From: a virus
Taxonomy: Duplodnaviria > Caudoviricetes
IMG/VR virus record: IMGVR_UViG_2772190736_000001
Coordinates: 1 to 64,000 of that record
Length of the DNA stretch: 64,000 bases
Direction: 5' to 3' (one strand)
Shown here: piece by piece, positions 39,454 to 48,088 of the stretch
How the letters are laid out: the number at the start of each line of letters is the position of its first letter
How positions within the stretch are numbered: the stretch's first letter is position 1
Notes under the pieces: generated by a model
What the model was told of the DNA's origin: nothing
What the model saw: only the letters and a program-made list of their open reading frames with translations
The model's database searches: none
Program-made: the position numbers and the translations under genes

Positions 39454-39855
39454 CTACTCGTCGTCTTCGTCGTGGTGGCGTCTGGTGCGGAGGTTCTTCT
39501 CGGCGTCGAGGGCGGCCTTCACCGCGGCGGGCAGGAGGCCGACCTTCAGCCCGTTGGGGTCGATGCCGGTCTTCTGCAGCTCGTCCTGCTTGTCGGCGAT
39601 GACTTGGCATCCGACGCACCGCTGGACGGTGACGTCGTAGGCGTCTTCTTCGTCGTCGTGGCCGTGGTCCCAGTCGTCGTACCGGGTGCCACACTGCGCG
39701 CAGAGGGTGAGCTGGTAGGCCTGGTAGGCGAGGGCTTTCTCGCGGTCGCGGGCGGTCCAGCGGCCTTCGCCGGCGCCGAGGAACTGGGAGTGAGGGATGC
39801 CCCACCGGTCGCACAGCTCCAGCTCTGCGCGCAGGCGCTCATCGTGGATCAGCCT
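39454..39855 (-). CDS. Tail assembly chaperone, -1 frameshift extension (gpGT-like)
   Basis: Open in the -1 frame right after G-GGA-AAA; W...DR..ALAY, CxxC. Confidence 0.78.
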   Translation of the reverse strand, partial: RLIHDERLRAELELCDRWGIPHSQFLGAGEGRWTARDREKALAYQAYQLTLCAQCGTRYDDWDHGHDDEEDAYDVTVQRCVGCQVIADKQDELQKTGIDPNGLKVGLLPAAVKAALDAEKNLRTRRHHDEDDE

Positions 39856-40385
39856 TTTCCCAGGTCGGACCGGACGTGGTTCTGGATGTCCCAGGCGGCG
39901 AGGAACAGCTGGCTCGCTTCGCCTTCGGCCCATTCGGTCAGGAAGGAGAGGGCGTCATCGGCGGTCAGGCCGTCCAGCGACGAGGCGGCGATCAGCTCCG
40001 GTCCGAGGGTCTCGACGTTGAAGCTCTGACCGTCCTCGGCCTGCGCTTCGGTCGGGGGGTGGGCGCGCTTGAGGGCTTCGAAGTCGGGCCGCGGCAGGGC
40101 CTGGAACGTCAGGACGATCGAGACGGCGTCGAACTCGGCCTGGGCGGCGTCCAGGGCGGTGGCGGCGGCCTGCTGCTCAGTGTCATCGCCGAGGACCTGG
40201 GCGCGGTCGACGCGCCTCTTGGCGGCGTTGAGCGCCTCGCGGACGGCGGGGTCGTCGCAGATCGTCAGGGGGGTGGTGGGGCGGGTGCGGGCGCGGAGCC
40301 GTTCGAGCTTGGCGGCCCAGTGCGCGTCCTGGGCGACGGCGGCCGGCGGCGGCACGATGGTGCTGGTGGCGGTGGTCTTGGGCAT
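39849..40385 (-). CDS. Tail assembly chaperone (gpG-like)
   Basis: Between major tail and tape measure; ends DLGKG. Confidence 0.8.
   Translation of the reverse strand: MPKTTATSTIVPPPAAVAQDAHWAAKLERLRARTRPTTPLTICDDPAVREALNAAKRRVDRAQVLGDDTEQQAAATALDAAQAEFDAVSIVLTFQALPRPDFEALKRAHPPTEAQAEDGQSFNVETLGPELIAASSLDGLTADDALSFLTEWAEGEASQLFLAAWDIQNHVRSDLGKG
39855..39861 (-). other. Programmed -1 frameshift slippery site G GGA AAA
   Basis: CTG GGA AAA GGC TGA at end of chaperone gene; established site type in actinophages. Confidence 0.8.
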
Positions 40386-40473
40386 GAGGTGTTCTCCAGG
40401 TGGGAAGGGCCCGGCCGGGCCCGAGGCGCCCCTTCCCGAGCGCGTCGGGACCGGCCGGGGATCAGGGGGTGGG

Positions 40474-41262
40474 TCAGCCGCCGGGCGTGGTCGTGGTGAC
40501 CTCGACCGCCGGGGTGGTGCCGCCGGTCAGGGAGGAGGTGGCGGTCATCTCGGCGACGTTCTGGCCGTCGTACTGGCCGCCGAACGTGACCGTGACGGCC
40601 GTGCCCGGGAGCGCTCCGCCCGCGCAGACAACGTCGCCGGGGTTGATGTTCGACAGGCCCTCGAGCGCGGTCTGCACCGCGGCGGCCGCTGCGTCGTAGG
40701 AGATGGCGGCGGTGGTCTGGCCGGTGAAGGTCAGGGTGAACGTGCCGCCGGTCGGCGTGCCGGTGATGGTGATCGTCTGGACCTCGTCGGTCCCGGCCGC
40801 GGGGACGGCGGAGTCGAGCACCGGGGTGTCGGTGATCGAGAACCGGGCGGTCCACTTCGCGGCCTCGTTGTCCACCGTGATCTGCGACGACTTCGAGGCG
40901 ACACGGACCGGGTAGATGTCCATGGACTGGGAGGTCGGCACGTCGCCCTTGCGGAGGATGACGATGAAGCCGGTGGTGCCCTTGGCGAGGGCCAGCTCGA
41001 GGGTGTTGCTGGTGTCGTCCTCGTAGAACGTCAGCGAGGAGTCGGCGGCCTGGTCGTCGCCCGGGATCTTCGAGGTGAACGTGCTCTCGAGGTCCGGGGT
41101 CTCGATCTCCTGGTTCTCCAGGGCGAAGCCCTCGACCTCGGCGATCTGCTTGGTCAGCTTCGTCGCGCTGGTCAGCTCGGCGCGGGTCGGAACGTAGTTG
41201 GTGTCGGCGATCGTCTCGAGAAACAGGATCTTCGTGACGCCCTTGCGGGAGAAACGCGGCAT
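40474..41262 (-). CDS. Major tail protein with extra C-terminal domain
   Basis: PTRAEL, TPDL...F...IPG, LTFY; synteny. Confidence 0.85.
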   Translation of the reverse strand: MPRFSRKGVTKILFLETIADTNYVPTRAELTSATKLTKQIAEVEGFALENQEIETPDLESTFTSKIPGDDQAADSSLTFYEDDTSNTLELALAKGTTGFIVILRKGDVPTSQSMDIYPVRVASKSSQITVDNEAAKWTARFSITDTPVLDSAVPAAGTDEVQTITITGTPTGGTFTLTFTGQTTAAISYDAAAAAVQTALEGLSNINPGDVVCAGGALPGTAVTVTFGGQYDGQNVAEMTATSSLTGGTTPAVEVTTTTPGG

Positions 41263-41360
41263 GGTGGGGACCCCTTGGTGCGTACGGCTGTGGGCGGCCA
41301 CCCGATGTGGTGGCGTCCGCGTGGGGTCCCGCCGCGGTGCGGTGTGGGCCTGACCAGAGG

Positions 41361-41810
41361 TCAGGCGGGAGTCAGGTCGAACCTGAACCGCTGCACATTG
41401 CTGATGATGGCATCCGGTGGGGCAGATGATCCCCCCGGTTCGATGTCCAGGCTCCGGCCCATCACCTTCACGCCGTCGATCGTCAGGGCGTGCATCCACT
41501 GGCCCGTCGCGGGGTCGCGGGCGAGGAACGCACGACGGGCCTTGTCCGCCATCCACTCCGTCTGATCCGCCGATCCGTACGAGCCGGGCGTGCTGGTGGT
41601 GGGCCCGGAGACGGCGGTGACCTGATAAACGACGCTGAGGTCCTCGCTCTCGTCGGCGAGCGGGGCGCCGGACACGGTGGTGGAGATCGAGTCGAGCAGG
41701 TAGTACGGCGGTTCGGCGTCGAGCGGCCGGGCACCGCGGCCGACCTTCATGCCGGACACGGTGGCGAGCAGGTCGGCGACTGCGTTGGAGACGGGGAGTC
41801 GGTCGATCAC
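41361..41810 (-). CDS. Tail terminator-like protein
   Basis: P...PPYYLL, YQVT; position. Confidence 0.7.
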   Translation of the reverse strand: MIDRLPVSNAVADLLATVSGMKVGRGARPLDAEPPYYLLDSISTTVSGAPLADESEDLSVVYQVTAVSGPTTSTPGSYGSADQTEWMADKARRAFLARDPATGQWMHALTIDGVKVMGRSLDIEPGGSSAPPDAIISNVQRFRFDLTPA

Positions 41811-42193
41811 GACAGTGCCTCCTGGATCGCGTTGCGCATCTGGCTCTTCAGGGCCTGTTCGATGAACGGGATGACGGGCCCAACGTGCGGAAAGGGGGGC
41901 TGCGCGTACACGCGGCCCAGACTGTCCGGACCGTAGAACCCGAACTCCAGGCGGCGACCTTGAGGCTGCCGGGTGCCGATGGTGCACTCGGCGCCGTACG
42001 GGATCCGTCGGCCTTCCGCATTCCAGGAGGAGCGGTAGCGGCCGGTGATGACGTTGGGTCCCGGGCGTCCGGAGGCGTTCGCGCGGATACGGCCGATGCC
42101 GACCATGGCGGTGTGCGCCACGCCCCGTTCAATGGCGCCCGGGAGGGCGTCGGCGGCCGCGTCGAGACGGTCGGCAAGCTCGTCGGGGGTCAC
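41807..42193 (-). CDS. HK97 gp10-like tail completion protein
   Basis: PNVITGRYRSSW, LEFG, QPPFPH..P. Confidence 0.8.
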   Translation of the reverse strand: MTPDELADRLDAAADALPGAIERGVAHTAMVGIGRIRANASGRPGPNVITGRYRSSWNAEGRRIPYGAECTIGTRQPQGRRLEFGFYGPDSLGRVYAQPPFPHVGPVIPFIEQALKSQMRNAIQEALS

Positions 42194-42639
42194 GGGGCGC
42201 CTGCCGGAGACCGGTTCTGGTCGAGGTAGGTACGGCGGACGACTTCCACGGTGGAGGCCTGCCCGGTGTCGACAGCCAGCCAGCTGCGCCCGATCAGCGC
42301 GGCACGGGCCGGGTCGTGGACGGAAACGACCTCGATGAGCGCGCCTTCCGGCGGAATGGGCGCGGTGAGCGGGGTGAGGAGGATGTAGCTGTAGCGGTAC
42401 TGGCGGGGCCATGGCTGGGTCTGGTCGGGCGCGACGGTCCGGTCGGTGCCTCCGACGGCCGGGATGACTGCGCCGTCGCCTTCGTAGAGCACCTCGCCTG
42501 GCGGGTACTCCAGTTGGCCGGTGTCCGGGTTGAGGACGGGCTCGCCCGTGGGCACGGCGCGGACGCGGACAGTGTCGATGAGGAGGTTCGTGCCGAGCCA
42601 GCGGGTGACGCCAGCGAGCGCCTGATCGAGGCCGGGCAT
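42190..42639 (-). CDS. Head-tail stopper-like protein
   Basis: D.V........LNPDTG......LYEG; position. Confidence 0.7.
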   Translation of the reverse strand: MPGLDQALAGVTRWLGTNLLIDTVRVRAVPTGEPVLNPDTGQLEYPPGEVLYEGDGAVIPAVGGTDRTVAPDQTQPWPRQYRYSYILLTPLTAPIPPEGALIEVVSVHDPARAALIGRSWLAVDTGQASTVEVVRRTYLDQNRSPAGAP

Positions 42640-43034
42640 CAGCCGGTCGCCTTTCCGAGGGCCCAGTCGGCGAGCTGGGCGAGCATGGCGCGGGTGAGTT
42701 CGTGGCGGGAGCCGTCGAGGTCGTCCCGGTCAAGGGCGGCCCGCTCCAGGGCGGCGGGGTCGACGGCGCGGAGGAACTCGGCGACGGCCGGGCCCGGGTC
42801 AGGGGCGTCGCCGATGACCACGTGCGCGAAGCCCTCGAAGACGGCGGGGGTGGCATGCCCGGAGGCGTAGAGGACGAGGAGTGGTGGCTCGTTGACCCGG
42901 TGCTCCAGGGTGTAGCCGCGGAGCTGTCGGGACATGTCAACGCCGCCGATCTCCACCTTCGCGCTGGCGCCGTCGGTGGTGATGCGAACGCCTCGGGTCT
43001 GGTCCCCGAGAGAGGGCTCGGCCGGGGTGGTCAT
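42639..43034 (-). CDS. Hypothetical protein
   Basis: Coupled starts/stops. Confidence 0.6.
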   Translation of the reverse strand: MTTPAEPSLGDQTRGVRITTDGASAKVEIGGVDMSRQLRGYTLEHRVNEPPLLVLYASGHATPAVFEGFAHVVIGDAPDPGPAVAEFLRAVDPAALERAALDRDDLDGSRHELTRAMLAQLADWALGKATG

Positions 43035-43264
43035 GCGTCTTCGTCCTCGTCGTCGGCGGCGGATTCGGGGCTGGGAGCACGTTCCGTGTCGGATTCCACG
43101 GACCCGGCGAACCCGATCGGCGGCTTCCCCGATTCCGGAATCGGATCGGGAAGTGCCTTGAACAGGCGTAGGGCGGCGGCCTCGGCGTCGGCGAGCGGGG
43201 TCCGCTCCTTGGGGCTGGTGACGATCTGCACGGTGCGGCCTTCGGTGCTGAGGTAGATACGCAT
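43031..43264 (-). CDS. Hypothetical protein
   Basis: TGATG overlap; AGGAG RBS. Confidence 0.55.
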   Translation of the reverse strand: MRIYLSTEGRTVQIVTSPKERTPLADAEAAALRLFKALPDPIPESGKPPIGFAGSVESDTERAPSPESAADDEDEDA

Positions 43265-43545
43265 CAGGCGTGGGCTCCTGTCGTGCACGGTTCGCACAAG
43301 CAAGCGGCAGCCGCGGCAGCCTTGGTGTGTCGCCATATGGCGTACAGCTTGATGGCGGCCTCATCGGCTCCTCCACCCTCTACCTTCTCGCCCAAGGCGA
43401 TGCCGACCGCCCCCTTCAAGCCGATCAGTTCGCCTCGAATCTGTTCGCCTTGGAGGAAGGTGAGGTTCGCAGCCTGGTTGTCGAAGTGGCTCTGCCGTCG
43501 GTGGTACTCGCGCAGGAGCGCCCGGGCGGTAGGCGGGATACGCAT
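43264..43545 (-). CDS. Hypothetical protein
   Basis: GGAGG RBS; TGATG overlap with upstream gene. Confidence 0.55.
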   Translation of the reverse strand: MRIPPTARALLREYHRRQSHFDNQAANLTFLQGEQIRGELIGLKGAVGIALGEKVEGGGADEAAIKLYAIWRHTKAAAAAACLCEPCTTGAHA

Positions 43546-45374
43546 CAGAAGGGTCCTCCGAAGGCGTAGTCGGGGCGGGAGATGATGTCGGGCCGGGGCC
43601 GGAACTCTCTGCGGCAGTTCGGGTGCGCGACGGGGTGGGCGAGCGCGTCCTGGACGGTGCGCAGGGTGCCGGCGGCCCGGTCGTCATCGTCGTGCGAGGT
43701 CCAGCCGCAATTCGCTACGATGATTCCATCAACGGTGAAGGTGCCACCGCTTGTTGTCGCGTCGTAGACCCATCCCTCGTAATGCTCTACGTCGACTGAC
43801 ACCACCTGCGAAAGGGTGAACCTGTGGGGAAGCTGGACAGTCGCAAGGACAGCGTCGTCGTCAGCTGTGAGACCTGTGGCACGTCGTTCCAGCCGCTCTA
43901 CAACAGCGCGGCCCGGTTCTGCGGGCAGGCATGCTCGAGGTCCGGCAGTATCCGGCTCCCCCGTGAGGAGATACGCCGCCTCTACGTCGAAGACGGACGC
44001 CAGCCGGGCGAGATCGCTGATGTCCTCGGCCTTCGCGTGTCCCAGGTCTATACAGCCGTCAAGCGCATGGGTATCTCCCGAAGCCGCTCTGAAGCTCTGT
44101 CGCTGTGGCATGCGAACGCCGGGGCCGGCGCCAGGGAAGAACGTGCCAAGGCAGCCCACGACGCCAAGCGCGGACGCCCCTCCAAGCCCGAGAGCTTCGT
44201 CAGAAGCGCTATCACCAAGCAGTCCATCGCTTCGATCATCGGACCGCATGAGGTCAGATTTGCCGAGATGCTGCGAGCCAGAGGCGTCGGATACTCCCAG
44301 CAAACTCCGCTGGACGTCTACAACATCGACTTCACCCTGACCGAATACCCCGTCGCCGTGGAGATCGTCACCGGTGGCGGTTCGAACGGATACTGGCAGC
44401 GCCTTCACAAGCGACGCATACACGTCCTCCACCATTGGCACCTGTTTGAGATCAAGTTCCGCAAGGGCCGCCGAGTCCTCACAGAGCCCGTCGTGGACAA
44501 GCTGATCGCCTTCGCGGAGAAGGTGAGCGCGGACCCAACCCCGTACGGTCAGTACGGGATGGTTTGGCCCAACGGTGAAGACATCCGTACCAACGCTCGT
44601 ACGCCGCGCTATGCGGTAGGCCGGCCCTGAGAACCAGGCTCTGACCATCTGCTTCAGGTGTCCATGCGGAAGGAACGCGCCTCCAGGCATCACGCACTCG
44701 GGCCCGTCGCGGACTTCGACCCAGTCGGCGCCGACTTCGTCCGCGCAGGTGCGGAGGAAGCCGGTGTTCGCGGTGGTGTAGGTCTGCCAGGAGGTGGCCG
44801 CGCGGGCCCAGGATTCGACGGGGTGGCGGGAGGAGCCGGCGTAGATGACGGTGTCGAGCGGGTGGTCCTGGAGGAGGCGGGCGCGTCCGGGCCATGGCTG
44901 GCGGATGCGGTCGACGTGGCCGCGGGCGGCGGTCAGGGCGTCGCGGAGGAACGCGCGGGCTCGGCGTACGGCTTCACGGATCCGGCCGGTGAGGTCGGCG
45001 TAGTACTGCGCGGACAGGGTGGTGATGTGGGCCTGGTGTCGTGCGGTCCAGGACCATCGGGAGGGGCGGCCGGCGCGGTCCAGGGCGGCGAGGGCACCTT
45101 CCCGGTAGGCGATGGGCAGGTCGGTGGCGGCCCAGCGCTCGACGAGCGCGAGGGCGGCGCGGTCGAAGGCGGCGATCTGCTGCTGGAACGCCTCGCCTGC
45201 GGTACGGATCGCGGCGTAGGCGGTGCGGCCGGGCCGGATGCGGGCGAGGGCGGTGAGGAGCGTGTTCTGGGCGCGGGTGAGGATCCGCCAGGCGGCCGCG
45301 AGGGCGTCGGTGGCACCGATGATGAGGGCCAGGAGCCGGGCCCGTAGGGAGCGGCGGCGTACGGGGGTGGTCAT
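43545..45374 (-). CDS. Minor head protein (MuF/SPP1 gp7-like), intein-containing; about 280 aa after splicing
   Basis: VEVRDGPE|CGW...HPNCRR motif restored when the 329-aa insert is removed; located in head module. Confidence 0.8.
   Translation of the reverse strand: MTTPVRRRSLRARLLALIIGATDALAAAWRILTRAQNTLLTALARIRPGRTAYAAIRTAGEAFQQQIAAFDRAALALVERWAATDLPIAYREGALAALDRAGRPSRWSWTARHQAHITTLSAQYYADLTGRIREAVRRARAFLRDALTAARGHVDRIRQPWPGRARLLQDHPLDTVIYAGSSRHPVESWARAATSWQTYTTANTGFLRTCADEVGADWVEVRDGPECVMPGGAFLPHGHLKQMVRAWFSGPAYRIARRTSVGTDVFTVGPNHPVLTVRGWVRAHLLREGDQLVHDGLCEDSAALAELDLKQVPMVEDVYASLVKALPVSVRTATGDDLHGDGVFGQGEVDVVDVQRSLLGVSDASGSQHLGKSDLMRSDDRSDGLLGDSASDEALGLGGASALGVVGCLGTFFPGAGPGVRMPQRQSFRAASGDTHALDGCIDLGHAKAEDISDLARLASVFDVEAAYLLTGEPDTAGPRACLPAEPGRAVVERLERRATGLTADDDAVLATVQLPHRFTLSQVVSVDVEHYEGWVYDATTSGGTFTVDGIIVANCGWTSHDDDDRAAGTLRTVQDALAHPVAHPNCRREFRPRPDIISRPDYAFGGPF
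43710..44696 (-). mobile_element. Intein (329 aa)
   Basis: Cys1 (CVMPG), block B TVGPNHPVLT.RGW, block F YEGWVYDATT, block G IIVAN followed by Cys+1. Confidence 0.85.
43824..44630 (+). CDS. Putative homing endonuclease (Zn finger + HTH + Vsr/DUF559-like nuclease) encoded antisense within the intein
   Basis: CETCG..F......RFCGQAC; EIRRLY..G....EIA..LG; E..F...L...G....Q......IDF......AVEI; GC3 bias on + strand; AAAGGG before GTG. Confidence 0.75.
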   Translation: MGKLDSRKDSVVVSCETCGTSFQPLYNSAARFCGQACSRSGSIRLPREEIRRLYVEDGRQPGEIADVLGLRVSQVYTAVKRMGISRSRSEALSLWHANAGAGAREERAKAAHDAKRGRPSKPESFVRSAITKQSIASIIGPHEVRFAEMLRARGVGYSQQTPLDVYNIDFTLTEYPVAVEIVTGGGSNGYWQRLHKRRIHVLHHWHLFEIKFRKGRRVLTEPVVDKLIAFAEKVSADPTPYGQYGMVWPNGEDIRTNARTPRYAVGRP

Positions 45375-45700
45375 CGGCGGGGCCGTGCGACGAGCTGGAT
45401 GACGCCGAGGCCGTCCGGGGTGCTGGTGGCGGGGTCGTCGGGTGCTGGGGGTTCGCCGTTCTCGAGCTGGGCGATCTGTCGTTCGATCGCGCGGACGTTC
45501 TCGGTGTAGGAGAGGGCGACGACGCCGGTCACGTTGATGGTGGTCGGCTGGTCGTGGACGAGGGCCGCGAGCCGCTCGCGGAGGACTTCGAGGGCGACGG
45601 CGCGCGCGGTGCCGAGGCGGGCGTAGCGGGTGTCGAGGTCGGCGGGGTCGGTGCTGGTGCCGAGCTGCGAGATGAGCCAGGCGCGTGTCGCGACGTCCAT
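45371..45700 (-). CDS. Head-tail adaptor-like protein
   Basis: Position after capsid genes; GGAGAG RBS. Confidence 0.65.
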   Translation of the reverse strand: MDVATRAWLISQLGTSTDPADLDTRYARLGTARAVALEVLRERLAALVHDQPTTINVTGVVALSYTENVRAIERQIAQLENGEPPAPDDPATSTPDGLGVIQLVARPRR

Positions 45701-45742
45701 GCGGCTCTCCTCCGGTGGTGGTGTGGGTGGGAAGGGGTGCGG

Positions 45743-45788
45743 GTACGGGCCCGGCTCCTGGCGCCCCCACCGGGGGCCGGGCCCGTAC
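45743..45788 (-). terminator. Hairpin terminator after capsid cluster
   Basis: GTACGGGCCCGGC...GCCGGGCCCGTAC. Confidence 0.6.
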
Positions 45789-45792
45789 GCGC

Positions 45793-46167
45793 TTACTGAC
45801 CGCCGGTGCCCTCGGCGGCGGTCTCGGCCGGCTTCTTCGCGGCCGTCTTCTTGGCCGCGGTGCGCGCGGCCGGCTTGTCCTCGGCGGCGGCCCCGGTGGG
45901 GTCAGCGTTGCCGGAGTCGGGTCCCGATCCGTCGCCAGAGGCGTCGTCCGGGTCGTCGCCGGAAGGGCTGCTGTCGCCCTCCGGGTCCTTGTCGGTCTCG
46001 GTCTTGGTCGGGGTCTTCAGGCGGGGCATCTTGCCGTCGACCCAGGCGGCCGGGTTCGTCACCAGGGCCGCGAGGCGCGGCTCCGGCAGCGTTCCCAGGG
46101 CAAGCTCGACCGTCTGGTGGGTGTCCGGGTCCTTCACGAACACCGTGCTGCGCAGCTGGTAGCCCAT
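45793..46167 (-). CDS. Hypothetical capsid-adjacent protein
   Basis: LVTNP..W; low-complexity AAKK tail. Confidence 0.65.
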   Translation of the reverse strand: MGYQLRSTVFVKDPDTHQTVELALGTLPEPRLAALVTNPAAWVDGKMPRLKTPTKTETDKDPEGDSSPSGDDPDDASGDGSGPDSGNADPTGAAAEDKPAARTAAKKTAAKKPAETAAEGTGGQ

Positions 46168-46170
46168 GGG

Positions 46171-47235
46171 TCACCACACCGTCGCGGCGATGTGGATGTC
46201 GGGGGTGTACATGACCGGCATCGCGGCCGCGTTGCACTTCGTCCACACCTGAACCGGGTCGTCCTGGTAGCCGGAGGTGACGATGATGCCCGGTGCGACC
46301 TCGGCCTCGATGGACGGGTTGCCGCCGGAGGACAGGACGATGCCTTCGGCGGTGAGCCCGTACTGGGTCTCGGCCATCTGCCGGGTGTTCGGCGGCAGGA
46401 GGAAGAACATGTTCTCCGGCAGGGGCCGCTTGTTGGTGCCGTCGTCCAGGGGGACCTGCACGTCGTAAACGGTGATCGGCGGCAGTCCGTACCGGCCGCG
46501 GACGACGTTGACCTGGTCGGGCGCGAGGACGGACGTCGGGATGGTGGACGCGGAGTTCACCGAGCCGTAGTAGGCGGCGCGGTAGGAGTCGTTGCCCATG
46601 GCGAGCGCCATCGTCTTGTACGAGGTGAGGGCACGGGAGGGCATCGGGGCGCCAGACTTGCGGAGGACCTCGATCCAGGCCATCTCGTCCGCGAGCATGT
46701 CGGCGGTCGGGTCGGTCCAGACGGTGGCCGCGGTCGGCATGTTCGCCGCAGGGACCTTGTGGTCGGCCTCCAGGGTGAGACCGTTCTCGCCGGTGAGGGT
46801 GAACTTGCCGTCGACGAGGAGGTCGCCAGCCGCCAGTTCCATGCGGTTCTGGATCGACAGGACGTGGGCGGCGACGTCGTCGTAGATGGCGCTGACGAGG
46901 TCCTCACCGTCCATGCCGCGGGAGACGTTCTGCAGGATCGTCTCGAGCTCGCCGACGATGTACTTCTGGCCGAGAGGCAGGAGCTTGCCCTCGGTCACGA
47001 CGCTCGTGATCTCACGGGACGCGACCTTGGTCTGGGCGTCCCACGCGCGGTAGGACGCGGCGGCGACCCGACGGCGGGTGGAGCGGGTCTGCCACTTCAC
47101 CGAGTTGACCGTGCGCTCGGGGATGACGGACTGGGTGAGCTCGTAGTCGGCCGGGGTCTGGATCTCGCGGACGAACGCGTTGATCTCGGTCGGGTTGATG
47201 CCCCGCAGGAGGACCTCAAGCATGTCGTTAGGCAT
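46171..47235 (-). CDS. Major capsid protein (lambda gpE-like)
   Basis: I..RME...G..L..GK, W.D...D...D, DDPVQVW....A..MPV. Confidence 0.88.
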   Translation of the reverse strand: MPNDMLEVLLRGINPTEINAFVREIQTPADYELTQSVIPERTVNSVKWQTRSTRRRVAAASYRAWDAQTKVASREITSVVTEGKLLPLGQKYIVGELETILQNVSRGMDGEDLVSAIYDDVAAHVLSIQNRMELAAGDLLVDGKFTLTGENGLTLEADHKVPAANMPTAATVWTDPTADMLADEMAWIEVLRKSGAPMPSRALTSYKTMALAMGNDSYRAAYYGSVNSASTIPTSVLAPDQVNVVRGRYGLPPITVYDVQVPLDDGTNKRPLPENMFFLLPPNTRQMAETQYGLTAEGIVLSSGGNPSIEAEVAPGIIVTSGYQDDPVQVWTKCNAAAMPVMYTPDIHIAATVW

Positions 47236-47248
47236 GGGGGGTCCCCTC

Positions 47249-47983
47249 TCAGACCTTGTAGATGAACTGGGTGTTGGAGCCGGCCGGGACGTCGGTCGGG
47301 TCGAAGGCGACGGGGAGCTTGGCGACGTCGATCTGGCCGTGGACCATGAGCGGCGCGGCGGCCTTGGTGGAGCCGGGGTAGAAGGACACCTCGGTGAAGA
47401 GGAACCCGGCGAAGATCTGGGAGCCGTCGGTGGCGGTCGCGGTGTCGCCGCCGGTCGTGGTGGCGATCGTGATGTCCGGGGTGGTGCCGCCGGTGAACGT
47501 CTCGGTGGTGGTGGGCGCGGCGACGTTCTCGCCGAGCTGGGTGCCGCCCCAGGTCAGGGTCCAGGGGCCGCCGGCGTTGCCGGTGACGACGACGTCGCCG
47601 GGAGCGATGTTGGACAGGGCCTCGAGCGCGGCCTGGACCTGCGCGGCGGTGGCGTTGTAGGCGAGGGCGGTTGTGGTCTGTCCGGACCAGGTGATCGTGA
47701 AGGTGCCGCCGGTGGGGGCGCCGGTCACGGTGAGGGTCTGGATCTCGTTGGTGACGGCCGCGTACGGCGCGTACAGCCCCGAGGCAGACAGCTTGCCGAG
47801 GGGGATGCCGGACTTCAGCTTCCGCTCGGGCTGGTGGGCCGAGGCCTCGGTCCAGTGCAGGGTCTCGGAGAACTTCGACAGGTCGAGGGTGATGGTCTGG
47901 TTCGCTTCGATGCCGAGCATGCTCATCAGCCACGGGCGGCCGACGGCGAGCGTCTCGGTGGTGGTGTACGGCTGGATGTCCAC
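47249..47983 (-). CDS. Head decoration protein with inserted domain
   Basis: TITLD.S.F, LKSGIPLG, GLY.PY, AGFL, HG.I...KLP. Confidence 0.8.
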   Translation of the reverse strand: MDIQPYTTTETLAVGRPWLMSMLGIEANQTITLDLSKFSETLHWTEASAHQPERKLKSGIPLGKLSASGLYAPYAAVTNEIQTLTVTGAPTGGTFTITWSGQTTTALAYNATAAQVQAALEALSNIAPGDVVVTGNAGGPWTLTWGGTQLGENVAAPTTTETFTGGTTPDITIATTTGGDTATATDGSQIFAGFLFTEVSFYPGSTKAAAPLMVHGQIDVAKLPVAFDPTDVPAGSNTQFIYKV

Positions 47984-48088
47984 GCCGTGACCCCTTTCGC
48001 GTGAGCGCGTGATGGGTGCGGGCACCGGGTGTGGTGCCGTCCACGGGGGTCAGGGCGTGGTCCCTCGGGTGGTGCTGGTCTTGTGGGG

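Noticed and set aside
39849-39861. Tail chaperone -1 frameshift as a novelty
   Set aside because: Real but well established in tailed phages; listed as a feature only.
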